From contig NC_042997.1 in assembly GCF_006345805.1 (NCBI RefSeq), positions 167,400,001-167,464,000 on the forward strand: DNA of 64,000 nt, written 5' to 3'. The stretch comes from Octopus sinensis (lineage: Eukaryota). Positions 27,629 to 43,582 of this stretch are shown here, one piece after another. Each line of letters opens with the position of its first letter. Position 1 is the first letter of the stretch. The notes under the pieces were generated by a model, which was given only the letters and a program-made list of their open reading frames with translations, made no database searches and was not told where the DNA came from. The position numbers and the translations under genes were made by a program.

Positions 27629-28338
27629 CTACATAGATATATCTATATACATATATAAAGAGGGATATATATATGTATATATATATATATACATATATAA
27701 AATTGCGTTGGTGTGAAAGTACGTCACATGCACACACACACATAGATATATACATACACACACATGTATGCATACATACATGTATACATACATGCATACA
27801 TACGTGCGTGCATACACGTACACACATCAACTCCTCCCCCATATTGTATTGTAAACTCATACAAATAAGTAAACAATTTCTATTTATTTTTCATTAAAAC
27901 AAAATAAACCAATAGCCTGACGTAATCGAAATTCAATAGTTGTGATGTCCATAACAGTGTCTATGTTTAGATTGCAAACGTAAAGCAAACATAATAAATG
28001 AAAGGTTATTTAAGACCAGTAGTCATGTTAAGAACTTAAGGAAAGCAATGTCCTTTTTTCATACGAATCTTAGAGAATTGACGCAATCAAAACGTATGTT
28101 ATTCGGTGGATATGTCTGTCTGCATGTAAGTAAATATTGTGTTGACAGTGAAGTGAGTCAAAATTTACTATTAAAATATCTTTAGATTATACAGAATGTT
28201 GTGCGGTGATGCTGTGTATGTTTGTATGTCAGCAAAAATGTATGTGTGTGTGTGTGCGTGTATGTGGATTAATACTGATATGTTTATGTTGGAGTGCATT
28301 TGAGGTAAATGTACAGACGTTTGTGTGTGTGTGTGTGT

Positions 28339-28406
<68 letters not shown>

Positions 28407-28524
28407 TGTGTGTGTGTACGTGTGTGTGCGACAGATCTTTCGTCGGTTTCGATGGTGAACATGCAGTTCAACTGCTACACTGAAATCACTTCGATGAAAC
28501 ATGCATGAATACATACATATACAG

Positions 28525-29650
<1,126 letters not shown>

Positions 29651-29651
29651 A

Positions 29652-30790
29652 TGTCATTCAGTTTTTTTTCAAGATTTCTTGGCAATAGAGAAAGAACCGG
29701 TTTTTAACCTAGATCCAAGTCTCCTTCATTGGAATTTCAACATCAACACCGGGGTATTTTTGTTTTTATGTATGTGTGTATGTATGTATGTATGTATGTA
29801 TGTGCAGATTTGTATGTTTTATGCATGTATTCTCATGCATATAGTTGCATATCTAGACATGCTCATATATATTTAAATGATAAACGTACGGTACGTTTTA
29901 CAGATTTTTACAGTTCCAGTGATGGTTTGGATCTGTAGTCTTCAAATTAGCTTTCTCCTTTCAAGTTTTGAGAAGCCTAATTTGTCAAGATTGATATTTA
30001 GGCAGTGTGTTACACATCCCAGGGCCCTAATATTTACAGGTATAAACCTGAACTTGTAATTTGGATAGAGTAAGTGCAGGTTTCCCAATAGTTCAGCATA
30101 GGTGTTCTCTTTTTCACTGATTTTCAGCTTTATGTTCACACCCGCTGGGCAGCTAATTTCCACAACTGTACACAGTTTCTCTTCTCTATCCCAAATCATT
30201 ATATCAGGTCTTTTGTGCTTACATTTTATTGAGGTCATCACTGGTACATTCCTCCAGTATTACTTTCTATAATGAGTGGCTATGGCTTCTATCATATTGT
30301 GGGTTCTTATTTCTTTGTCCTTGGGATTATCCTTCCGATGGATTCCATTATAGAGTGTCCTAGCTACAACATCATGTCTCATCACTAGATAATACCGTGA
30401 TGATATTTTTGGACAACTGATGTGGGTGATGTCTTCAGTGTGAACTCCACAAAGTCTGCATCGGTTGTCACACTTTACGGCTTTACCCGCATCTCTATCC
30501 CTTTTGTGCATGAGGTACTTGGTTGATATTTCCTGTTCCTGGATTGCAAACGCATACTCTTCAAAGTGGGAGGTAGTAATCCGGCTATTGGAGCATGATA
30601 AACTTCTTTGATGATCGATGTTACTTCATCACGGAGCTTTCTACTAACATTTCCATGCATAGTCTTCTGCTCATATAGGCTCGCGACGTCTTTGGACATG
30701 TATTTTAGGTTATCAGACGGAGAGTGTTGCTCAAAGAACTGCTTTCCAAGCCCGATGATGTTATCAGCCGTATGTTTGCATGTACTTTTC
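29652..30790 (-). mobile_element. R4/Dong-type (restriction-like endonuclease) non-LTR retrotransposon, 3' fragment
   Basis: Frameshifted CCHC knuckle CRLCGVHTEDITHI.C...RHDVVAR, RLE motif RPDIMIWD...VEISCP..N...K..EK...Y..L, end GTVKICKT. The 3' UTR abuts (TATC)n. Confidence 0.8.
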
Positions 30791-31277
30791 ACAGAAGTGA
30801 TTTCAGTGTAGCAGTTGAACTGCATGTTCACCATCAAAGCCGAGTGTGTAGGTGTTTGTGTATCTATATCTACTAACGGTATATATGTAATAATTTTTTC
30901 GTTTAATTGTCTATTTGTTTCTTTTAGTATCTGATCTTCGTTAATGATCTTCTATAAGAATAAAGCAGTATCCGTTAATTTGCCCATGAAGTAATAAGTT
31001 GTGCGAAACAGTGTCTACTTTAATGAGACACCTCTTGAAATCAACTGAGGAGACACATCTATACCGTGTGATATACCTACACCAGTTGTGCTATAATTCT
31101 CTTGAGAGGGATCGATACTAAATGGGTCCAAACGAGTGTAGTGGTTACTAAAGTGTTTCGTATATTCCGTCTTTCGTCTCTCTCATTCATTAAATGCCCA
31201 ACGACAACTGAGTCATTGAACGTGCTTTACCGGCAAAAAAACCAGGTGTATACCATACGATTTATTAACTACTTACA

Positions 31278-31332
<55 letters not shown>

Positions 31333-31333
31333 A

Positions 31334-31376
<43 letters not shown>

Positions 31377-31496
31377 TATATATATTATATATATATATAT
31401 ATTATATATGTGTGTGTGTGTGTGTGTGTATATGTACGTATAAATATATATATGTATACATATGTGTGTATATACATACATACATATGTATATATA

Positions 31497-31556
<60 letters not shown>

Positions 31557-31609
31557 TGTATGTATGTATGTATGTATGTATGTAGGTATGTATGTATAGA
31601 GAGACAGAC

Positions 31610-32235
31610 AGACTGACAGAGAGGTATAAAAAAGTAAAGGAAAAATTTCAGATTAGCCAGACCACTTTCAACATATATGTGTACGGATTTGATCAAGATA
31701 AAATTCGTCCAAAATTAAAACATATACTAATATATCGAAAATGGAAAAATATAGGAATATTAGAAATATATACACATACATAAATATATAGATATGAGTG
31801 TAGAAACATAGTGATAATATAGTAAAAGATAAGAATATAACTAGGCAATTAATACATTAAATTAATAATAATGTACACATGTATATAATTATGTACATAT
31901 GTATATAATTGTAATGAAATCACAATTAACGTCAGGTCTTTTTAAATTTCTCTCACTTGCCCGCTTTCAGCCATCTGTATATTTAGCTGGAGATTTGGTA
32001 GTTTTTTAAAGGTATCGGCACTTCAATAATGCTGGAGACAGGTCGTTTTCGCTCTAGCTTTCTTGATATAATTATATATCTATATATATTTATAACATTC
32101 CTATATTTCCTATGTTCGATATATTAATATGCTTTAATTTTGGACGAATTTTATCTTGATCAAATCCGCACACATATATGTTGAAAGAATTTTGCCGAAT
32201 CTGAATTTTTTCCTTTTATTTTTATACCTGTCTAA
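31610..32235 (-). mobile_element. Old PLE remnant with inverted pLTRs (31610-31780 / 32060-32235)
   Basis: ~170-bp imperfect inverted repeats; the interior has a degraded PLE ORF end (YQI...EKFK..LN-like); the decayed HHR has palindromic ACATATATGT at the helix III position. Confidence 0.5.
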
Positions 32236-32294
32236 CGTCTCAGGTTCGACTTGAGCACTTCTAAGCAATCTATGTTTCGTAACAAAAGTATAAG

Positions 32295-32383
<89 letters not shown>

Positions 32384-32744
32384 ATATTATATATATATAT
32401 ATATATGTATGGATGTATGTATGTATCATTAAATACACACAGTATTTAGATATAAGCTACCAATAACTTCATGCCGAGGAAGCACAATAATTTGGATGAT
32501 TTATATAACGTGACTTGTGTTTCAAGCAATACTTCAAGCTCAGTACATATGGCTGGTTTTACTTGAATAACTGAATGCTGGTCTACGAGAAGACAATTAA
32601 GTAGCTCATATGTAAATATAGTGTATAATAAATGATATTTATCTCTCACTGGATGCATTGCTCTTTTTGCTAATACTACTCATAACGGAACAGTGAACTT
32701 TATATACATACACACATACATACATACTTATATATATATATATA

Positions 32745-32890
32745 TACATTTTTTCTCTCTTTGTTTTTTTCTGTGTCCCTTTCTGTAGAAGAGCGTAAGC
32801 TCGAAACGTAAAAGATTTCTTTTTCCTGAGCGTTATACTAATACATCTGTTTGTTTTGTACACCACCTGTCTTCGTCTTTTGTCTTTTCG
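32745..32890 (+). mobile_element. Solo pLTR-like fragment with an HHR-like motif (32779-32814)
   Basis: CTTT-CTGTAGA-A-GAGC(GTAA)GCTC-GAAAC-GTA-AAAG; T/C-rich body ending in (TA)n. Confidence 0.6.
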
Positions 32891-32901
32891 TAAACTCTCC
32901 T

Positions 32902-32957
<56 letters not shown>

Positions 32958-33110
32958 GAGAGAAATACCCACATATATACAGATATTGTAATATATATAT
33001 ATACACACTTACATGCACACACACAGGTACATGCATATGTGTGCGTGTGCGTGTATAGACACTTTATATATGTATGATGGTGTATATGTATATATGCATA
33101 CATATATATA

Positions 33111-33169
<59 letters not shown>

Positions 33170-33297
33170 CATACATATATGCTTAAATGAAGTTGAAGAC
33201 ACAACTGCAATCTTAAAGATTTATTTACAATATAAGAGAGACCGACATGAATGTATGTCACCACTCATTTACATCTGACCTTAATTGGTGAATTCGT

Positions 33298-33338
<41 letters not shown>

Positions 33339-33339
33339 C

Positions 33340-33536
33340 TCTTGAGCACCACCAGCAAAAAAATTTTTTTCTTCTGTCTTCCCTTCTCGGGATCTTTCCT
33401 TCTCCTTTCTTTCCGACGAAGAGCTCCGCTCGAAACGCTTTAAACCTTCCTTCCCTTCTTTCCTGAGCGTCAAATAATACTTTATTGTTCACGTCCTCGC
33501 GTTGCTGTGTTTTTTCTGTTTTTTGTTTGGATTAAC
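33340..33536 (+). mobile_element. Solo pLTR-like fragment with an HHR-like motif (33410-33445)
   Basis: TTT-CCGACGA-A-GAGC(TCC)GCTC-GAAAC-GCTTTAAA; (TA)n on both sides. Confidence 0.6.
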
Positions 33537-33552
33537 TATATATATAATATAT

Positions 33553-33594
<42 letters not shown>

Positions 33595-33599
<5 letters not shown>

Positions 33600-34384
33600 A
33601 TAGAAATGTCGAGTTTTGACTAATCTTGAAACGTACGTTCTCAAATACCCTTGCATCTGATTTTTTAATGTCTCTACCCCCCATACTTCCGTGAGTTGAA
33701 TTGAGCAAACACTATATGAGAGAGGTTTTCTTTAAGTATTAGAAATAGTTTTATAAATGTTTTTTTTAGCTGCTAGTTCTAATGAGTTCAGTATGCGGCA
33801 AAGTAATTTATTTTACTAAGCCCTTTTATATAATGTAATAATTTGAATTCGCCTTAAATGGTCCTTTGCATACTGAACACTTGGTGAAATTGATTAATTA
33901 ATTAATTTTACCCTCAATTGTTGAAATTATAATTCATCTCTCTCTATTTAAATGCCTCGGATTTACCGAAAAAAGCATAGTGTTTGCTGATTTTAACCCA
34001 CGCTGGTGGAAAGGGGAGAGCAGAAATTCTTCGCTTGCATATTTGGGTTTGTGGCACTGTTAGTTACGAGCGGATCTTCAAAAGCGATAGGAGGCCGAAG
34101 GAGTATGCTCCCACTTTCAGTGTTTTCAAATCAAACAAGGGAGTTCTGAGCTGATGATAGAAATGTCGAGTTTTGACTAATCTTGAAACGTACGTTCTCA
34201 AATAACCTTTGCATCTGATTTTTTAATGTCTCTACCCCCCATACTTCCGTGAGTTGAATTGAGCAAACACTATATGAGAGAGGTTTTCTTTAAGTATTAG
34301 AAATAGTTTTATAAATGTTTTTTTTAGCTGCTATTTCTAATGAGTTCAGTATGCGGCAAAGTAATTTATTTTACTAAGCCCTTT

Positions 34385-34390
<6 letters not shown>
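33595..34390 (+). mobile_element. Non-coding retrozyme-like / mini-PLE partial tandem: 557-bp unit plus ~238-bp terminal direct repeat
   Basis: 33595-33833 nearly equals 34152-34390; no ORF; HHR motif at the repeat start; (TA)n on both flanks. Confidence 0.75.
34146..34200 (+). ncRNA. Minimal type I hammerhead ribozyme
   Basis: TGAG-CTGATGA-(helix II with an internal loop: AGA/TCT, GTC/GAC)-GAAAC-GTAC-GTT-CTCA; helix III ACGTACGT is a perfect palindrome. The copy at 33595-33644 lacks C3 and the 5' strand of helix I. Confidence 0.75.
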
Positions 34391-35902
<1,512 letters not shown>

Positions 35903-35913
35903 TATATATATAT

Positions 35914-36012
<99 letters not shown>

Positions 36013-36750
36013 TACATATATATATATATAATACGTATATATATATATATATATATATACATAACACATACATGCATACATACATACATACATACATACA
36101 TACATACATACATACATACATACATACATACATACATACATACATACATACATACATACATACATACGTACGTACATACATACATGCATACATATTTTAT
36201 GACTTACATTCCCATCAGTTAAAACACACTTTGGCTGAACATGCTTGTGAGATCAGGTATAGAATCTGGTTACTTCTCAGTAACTTCCATACTTCGGTAT
36301 CAAGTATGAACGAAAATTTTGCCAGCAGATAAGGATGTGTGAGAGCAGTCAATATCTCGTGTGACACCATCAACAAAAGCGTTTGATATCTGACTATTAA
36401 AGTCATGGGACAGTGTTGAGGATGATTGCGTCAAAGGTTGAATTTGTGTTACTCCAGAAAATGTGTTACGTGACATTATGAACAACAAATTGTCAGAATA
36501 ACTAAAAATAGAAGCAAGCAACATATCTGTATACTTATGGCAGTAAGTTATCTATTTGTATTCAGATGTGTACATGGTAGTCTATGTGTTTGGGTCTTAG
36601 AGTGTGAACAATAATAGCGTAACGCTTTCGCTATTTAATGTCATGGCTGTTTTGAACGTATCTTTGCGACACGATTTCATACCTCATTCAGTGCTGATTT
36701 GTAGTTTTGTTATAAACATGTATTTGATTGTGTTGAATCTGTGGTCTTGT

Positions 36751-37054
36751 GGAGGCACATGGCCCAGTGGTTAGAGCAGCGGACTCGTGGTCGAGGTATC
36801 GCGGGTTCGATTCTCAGACCGGGCTATGCGTGTGTTTATGAGCGAAACACCTAAGCTCCACGCGGCTCCGGCAGAAGGTAATGGCGAACTTCTGCTGACT
36901 CTTTCGCCACAATTTTCTCTCACTCTTTCCTCCTGCATCTTGCAGCTCACCTGCGACAGACCGGCGTCCCGTCCAGGTGGGGAACCTATACGCCAAAGAA
37001 ACCAGTAAACCGGCCCTTATGAGCCAGGGATGGCTCGAGAAGGAACAAACAACA
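36751..37054 (+). mobile_element. SINE family S3 with a 15-bp TSD
   Basis: TSD AATCTGTGGTCTTGT at 36736-36750 and 37055-37069. Confidence 0.85.
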
Positions 37055-37566
37055 AATCTGTGGTCTTGTCATAACATAATAAGTAAGAAACTTGAAATTG
37101 TAGGTTTGTATTTTTGCAGCTTTTTGTCTAAATGTATACCGAGAAGGACCTATCAAGTACTGGAATATTATTCTTGTTGACAATGAATACTCACTCTGCT
37201 TGTCAAGGTAAGTTTCACTTGATACAAGCAATCATCACTGCATTTATTACATTTGATGGCATAAACCAAATGTTTTGACGAACAGGTGAAGTGATTTTTT
37301 ACAGTGTAAATATGATCTAATTTAAATTTTACGAGGCTCTTTCAGGATGGTTGATGCTAGTTCTACAGTCCAAGGCTACCATGCATTGTGGTTATTGATC
37401 TTCTAATCTTCTGATCTTAGTGGATAATTTACCATTGAATTTTCATTATTTTATGTATTTTGAGTTTTTGCCTCAAAAATGCTTTTATGAATACTGTTGT
37501 ATGCTTCGGAATTTCTTGGGTTCAGACGTATCTGAATATTATACTTATACAAACAGACAGAAAGGC

Positions 37567-37656
<90 letters not shown>

Positions 37657-37949
37657 AGGGTATTTCTCATTTATGTATATCATATATATGTATATGTGTG
37701 TGTGTGTAGGTAAATATAAATATATATGTATATATATGTATGTAGTTATACACACACACATATATATACATAAAGTCTTCAAACGGTCACAAAAAAATAT
37801 ACGTTTCACCCCGCCGTACCAGGATTCACCATTCTTCATTAACTTATTGTGGTATACCGATATATTTTGAGCCTCTGCCAATTACATCAATGTAGTTAAA
37901 TCGCTTCCTCCTCTATTAAGATAAGGAAATCTCCAATGTTTTGTATCTG

Positions 37950-38640
37950 AGACAGCCAGTAGTCAAGCACAGCTTACCCATGTTTAGCATATCTTTAAAG
38001 TAGTAGGAGTGCTGTCTTGTGACACACGAAGTGTCTTGGGCATTTTAAACCTGGTGGAAACCTGGCGGAGAACAGGAAAGAACAAGGATCGCCTCCAGTA
38101 CTGGACTGGTGTTGTATTTATCATCCCTGAAATGTTTTAATGTAAACTTAACCTGTTATTTGATCTTATTGTGCAGCGTGTCAGCTTGAAGGAACACTGC
38201 AAGATACTCCCTCCTTCACTTTAACGACTCTGCCAAATCACCACCGGTATAGTGCATCTAGGGCTACATTATTCCGCGCATTTTTCATTATTTCCTTTTT
38301 GTGTGACAGTAGAGCAACATTTTATAAATATTTGGTTATTGCTTCTAGCAGGTTAAGCACCTCATAGTGTACACGCCTTGTTTTTGAAATAGTCCTATGC
38401 TGTTGTAATCTTTATTCTGTAATGTCGAAAGCTGAATACAGTGAAAGGTTAAATGTGATGCCCATGTCCTCCCCTAATGTATGGTATTTACGGGAAATTG
38501 TTACTCCTAGGCAAAATGTCCTCAAAATAACAACGGGAAGATCAACAAGAGTCTCTTGTCATAGTTCAAAGAAATTTGTGTGAAGATTCCAGCTTTTGGT
38601 ATTGTTTACGATTGTTAAAAAAATACTGGCTTTTCAAAAC
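37950..38640 (+). mobile_element. Degraded LINE endonuclease/RT remnant
   Basis: ILNLVETWRR...GVVFII resembles the AP-endonuclease ETW and GVG motifs. Confidence 0.3.
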
Positions 38641-38721
38641 AAAAACACGCTCATAGACTGAAGAATAGCATAGAGTAACCCCACCTCAGGAAAAAAAATT
38701 GCAGCAATTACAATGTGTGTG

Positions 38722-38770
<49 letters not shown>

Positions 38771-40976
38771 TTGTGTATGTTTGTGTGTGTATATAAGGTG
38801 CCGAAAGAAAGGTAATTATCCAATCGGAACAATTTACTGAAATCACACAGTAAATAGCTTCAAGAGAAAATAGGTCGAAGCGTCACCTAATTGTTTTCAA
38901 TGTGTGGAAGTGGAGAAGAAATTCACTTCGTAATAATATGATTTTGAGTTCGATACCAGAGCGTAGCACCTTGAGCAAGTGTGTTTCCTAATATAGATCT
39001 AGGTTGAGTAATTTCTTGGGAGTGAAATTTAGTAGACAGAAACATGCTCTGCAAAGTATAAATCAATGAGAAAAAGCATCGAAATGAAATATATTGAATA
39101 TTTGGTGTCGATGACATTTGCCACACAATTTTTCCTTTTTTTTTTTATGAATATCACAAAATTATTTTCGTGATGATCGTAGTTGATTCACTCGACCCAA
39201 CCTTATTACTAATGACGACGCCAACAATGATGATGATAATGAGGAATATTGATGATGATAATGATGACGATGATCACCACGACGGTAACAACCATTATAA
39301 GGACGACCTTGATGATGAAGATCGTTATTATCATCATCACATTGACTTCGACAATATATCTTTATACCGTTATTAGTTGTTATGCAAAAAAAAAATCTAT
39401 CACCATGTCTGCTATCCGTTGCCCTGTTTCAACTAAAATTTTCAAAATATGGCAACAACAAAGAAGTGGAGAGAAATGCCATTATCAATGAGGATTTATA
39501 TATATTTTAAAATTAATACACATTTGTTTCATTTTCAAAATGTGTACGTTATGAGGAGCGTGGAATATGTCACAAAATTGAATCGTTTCTGACCGCTGTT
39601 CTAAAGTCATTTGTTTTTATAGAGAGGAAGTGATAGATCACCATCGGTTAACGCACAGACTGATTGGGTTGGATGATCGCGTGGTTAGGTAAGGAAGTTT
39701 TCAGTCAGTTTTTCTCTACACCCGTCTTAATTCCAGTACATGTGTCAAAAGAATTTAGGGCCGTTGTAGCCTTTTGATTGTGTCCAGTAGCTGTGTGAGT
39801 AGCTATTATCTTATTTAGCGAAGGCTAAATACTCTTTAGTGAATGATTCAGTCTTTCTTAACAAAATATGGTCAAAAACAGTTGAAAAAGAAACGTTACA
39901 ATTAAACTATTCAGAGTACATAATTGGTATGTAAAACTGCAGTTAAAAATTGCTGAAAAATTTCAAGTGGACACAAAAATATATTGTTCCTAGATTTTCA
40001 TAACATCTATTTATATGTGTTGTATTTATAGAGCGGATATCAACGAACAGAGAACGAAAGAGTGGTAAAGAAAGAAAAGCGTGGGGTGAGGTTAGGGGCG
40101 TGTGCGCACGTATACCCTCGCATGTGCGCATTTGTTAGATTAATCAAGTAACAAATACTCCAAATGCGCACACATACACACATATAAGGTTAGGTAAAGA
40201 GGACTTAGTAAAAATCTGTGAAAAATTAATGAACATAACTGAAATTTACTATGGCCAAAATTAAAGTGACTTTAAAGAAAGGTATGGTATACTTTTATTA
40301 AAAGGGATTTTTATTCACCCATAAATACCATTCATGGTGAATGGCGGACCGCATAGTATTGATAGTTTTAAAACTTGTTCAACCGTGGTTTATACTCTTT
40401 GATAAAACGATATTTTTTTATCTATCCGTGTTTCGTCAATGGCATTGTCTGTACATTGATAAAGTGAAAAAACTAAGAATTGTAGAGATTTCGTTGGTGC
40501 GAATATGTCCCAATGTTCACTAAGTGGGACTTGTCTAGTCCTAACATCCCGTATTTGTTGTCGATAAATCGTTAATCTCATCCTTAAGGTGAAATTCGTT
40601 TATCCATTGCAATCGTCGCAGCGCCCGCTGCAGCTGACGGCATATGTTAGATAGATTTTTTTATGAACAACTGAAGTGGTTTTTCACGGTAAAAATTTTT
40701 CCCGATTTAAATTTATATGGTTTGTCCTCAATGAGGTTGGCACTAGTTCGCAGTTAGAGAAGCTACAATTAGAGAGCATTTAAAGATAAGGCTTTTGACG
40801 CATCTGAACTGTTCTTGGTCTTTCGTAATTCTTCCATGTCTATTGCTTTGATGCGTTCAGTTTCATTCTTTATTGGAGCAGATAAGTACTTTCTTTCAAA
40901 TAATGCCTGTCTTAATTTTCTGGAGTCTTTTTCATCCTGAATTTCAGGACTGGAAACAATTGTACTGGTGTGTGTG

Positions 40977-41047
<71 letters not shown>

Positions 41048-41220
41048 TGTGTGTGTGTGTGTGTGTATACGTATGTATGTATAAAGTGACGACTATTTTC
41101 CAACATAATGTGGCAATCCTGGATGGGACGAATGTTACTATTGTTCAACTCCACATTAAAGTACTGCTACTGAACATCACTCTTTAAGAGATTTGGAAAT
41201 AATAATTTTTCTATATATAC

Positions 41221-41317
<97 letters not shown>

Positions 41318-41483
41318 ATATACATGTATGTATATGTAACTACTAAGACTTTGAGTATATGTCTATTAGTATGTCGATTAAGACACAGTCACGGTTTGGA
41401 CTACCTGATGTCATCCACAGTAACGACATAATATTCACTGGATCTACGTCAGGAAATCTGTAATGTTTGTTGAGTTTATAATT

Positions 41484-41606
41484 AATAAAGGAAACGGAAG
41501 ATAGATTTAGTACGAATTTATTTTCAGCACAACGATGCAGGATGGGTCGAAATGATCGTCGTGCTGAATAAAGACTCGTACTATGTCTATCTTCTGTTTC
41601 CTTTAT
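41484..41606. repeat. Imperfect hairpin with a decayed HHR-like centre
   Basis: AATAAAGGAAACGGAAGATAGA..TTCAGCAC / GTGCTGAA..TCTATCTTCTGTTTCCTTTAT; centre GCAC...GAAATGATCGTC-GTGC. Confidence 0.55.
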
Positions 41607-41781
41607 CGATTATATATATGTGTGTATGTGTGTGTGTGTGTGTGTATGTGCGTGCGCGCGTGTGTGCGCGTGTGTGCGCGTGTGTACTTATTCGCAGTTA
41701 TACATGCACACAAACATACATAGACACACATTCACACACACACACACACACATATATATAGAGACACATATATATTTGTGC

Positions 41782-42165
41782 GGAGGTGCAATGGACCAAG
41801 AGTTAGGACAGCGGACTCGCGGCCGTAGGATCGCAGTTTCGATTCCCAGACCGGGTGTTGTGAGTGTTTATTGAGCGAAAACACCTAAATTACCACGAGC
41901 CCCTGGCAAGGGGTGGGGGCGAACCCTGCTATACTCTTTCACCACAACTTTCTCTCACTCTTTCTTCCTGTTTCTGTTGGTCCAGTCTTTCAAAGGTCCA
42001 ATCTTGTAACACTCTGTGTTACGCTTAATCTCCACGAGAACTACGTTAAGGGTACACATGTCTGTAGAGTGCTCAGCCACTTGCACGTTAATTTCACGAG
42101 CAGACCGTTCCGTTTATCGGATCAACTGGAACCCACGTTCGTCGTAACCAACGGAGTGCCACATT
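41782..42165 (+). mobile_element. SINE family S3 variant
   Basis: S3 head with an alternative 3' body, followed by (ATGC)/(ATGT)n. Confidence 0.75.
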
Positions 42166-42659
42166 TTTATGCATGCATGCATGCATGCATGTATGTATGT
42201 ATGTATGTATGTATGTATGTATGTATGTATGTACGTATGTACGTATGTACGTATGTATGTATGTATGTAAGGCTATTTAGAAAACACTACCATTGATAGA
42301 TTTAAATATTCTGAGGTCTGCCAGTTATGCCTCGTTAGGCACAGAGTTATGTCTTTATAGCTTATCACGAAATAATTGTCGCCGTCTCCTTTCTTCTTGT
42401 AGCAATATCGCGCGAAGAATTTTGAAAATTAACCTTGAATTTCGAAATTTCGTGAAATTGATTTGGCAGCACATTCCTTATTAATCAGAGCGTCACATAG
42501 ACCACAGCAGCTCCGAAAATTATATTAAGAAAAATGTTTACAGCTTACTAATTTTCTGAGCGTATATGACATTCTTAATTAATTTGTTATATGATAGAGA
42601 ATATAATAGCATGACATGGGTGGAAGGTCTCAGATATGATATCGAGCATGTGACCGCGG

Positions 42660-42738
<79 letters not shown>

Positions 42739-42743
<5 letters not shown>

Positions 42744-43005
42744 ATACAATATGTTACATTACTCGGTAGTCAAGATAAAACTCTGAGTTTCAGATGCCGA
42801 AGTGGAAATCCACAACACCATCTCTTCGGTTATCTGGCTATAGCCAGATAACCGAAGAGATGGTGTTGTGGATTTCCACTTCGGCATCTGAAACTCAGAG
42901 TTTTATCTTGACTACCGAGTAATGTAACATATTGTATAGATAAATTTCCTCTATTTACATAATATTGAGGTCTCTTTCTTTCTTTTGTTATCTTACCGTT
43001 TTATC
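42739..43005. mobile_element. Perfect 204-bp spacerless palindrome (42739-42942) plus one-sided tail; HHR-bearing pLTR fold-back
   Basis: Arms checked block by block with no mismatch; centre GGCTA|TAGCC. AGATAA-CCGAAGA-GATG...CATC-T-GAAAC-TCAGA-GTT-TTATCT at 42846-42908; (TA)n flanks. Confidence 0.8.
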
Positions 43006-43017
43006 AATATATATATA

Positions 43018-43075
<58 letters not shown>

Positions 43076-43091
43076 TGTATGCATATATATT

Positions 43092-43324
43092 CTTTTATTT
43101 TTTTACTTAGTCATGTGACTGTGCCCATGCTAGAGCACCGCCTTGAACGCTTTTATTTAACCGACCCCAGGACTTAAGATTTTTAAGCCTAATACTTATT
43201 CTATGGGTGACTTTTGCTAAACTGCTAAGTTATGAGGACGTAAACATACCAACACCGGTTGTCAAGCGGTGATGGGGGACAAACACGGACACAAAGATAC
43301 ACACACACACTCATATGTATATGT

Positions 43325-43368
<44 letters not shown>

Positions 43369-43532
43369 TGATGGCTTCTTTCTGTTTCCATCTATGAAAT
43401 CCATTCACAAGGTCTCAGTCGGCCAGAGGCTATAAAAAAGAAGACACTTGCCCAAGGTGCAACGCAGTGGAACTGAAGTCGGAACGATGTGGCTGGGAAG
43501 CAAGCTTCTTACTACACAGCCACGCCTGTGCC
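43092..43532 (-). mobile_element. SINE family S2 (diverged)
   Basis: Full-length match. Confidence 0.8.
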
Positions 43533-43534
43533 AA

Positions 43535-43582
<48 letters not shown>

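Noticed and set aside
36326-36542. Selenoprotein-type UGA recoding of the TGA-interrupted frame
   Set aside because: The frame also contains TAA, no SECIS was recognised, and mutational decay is the simpler explanation.
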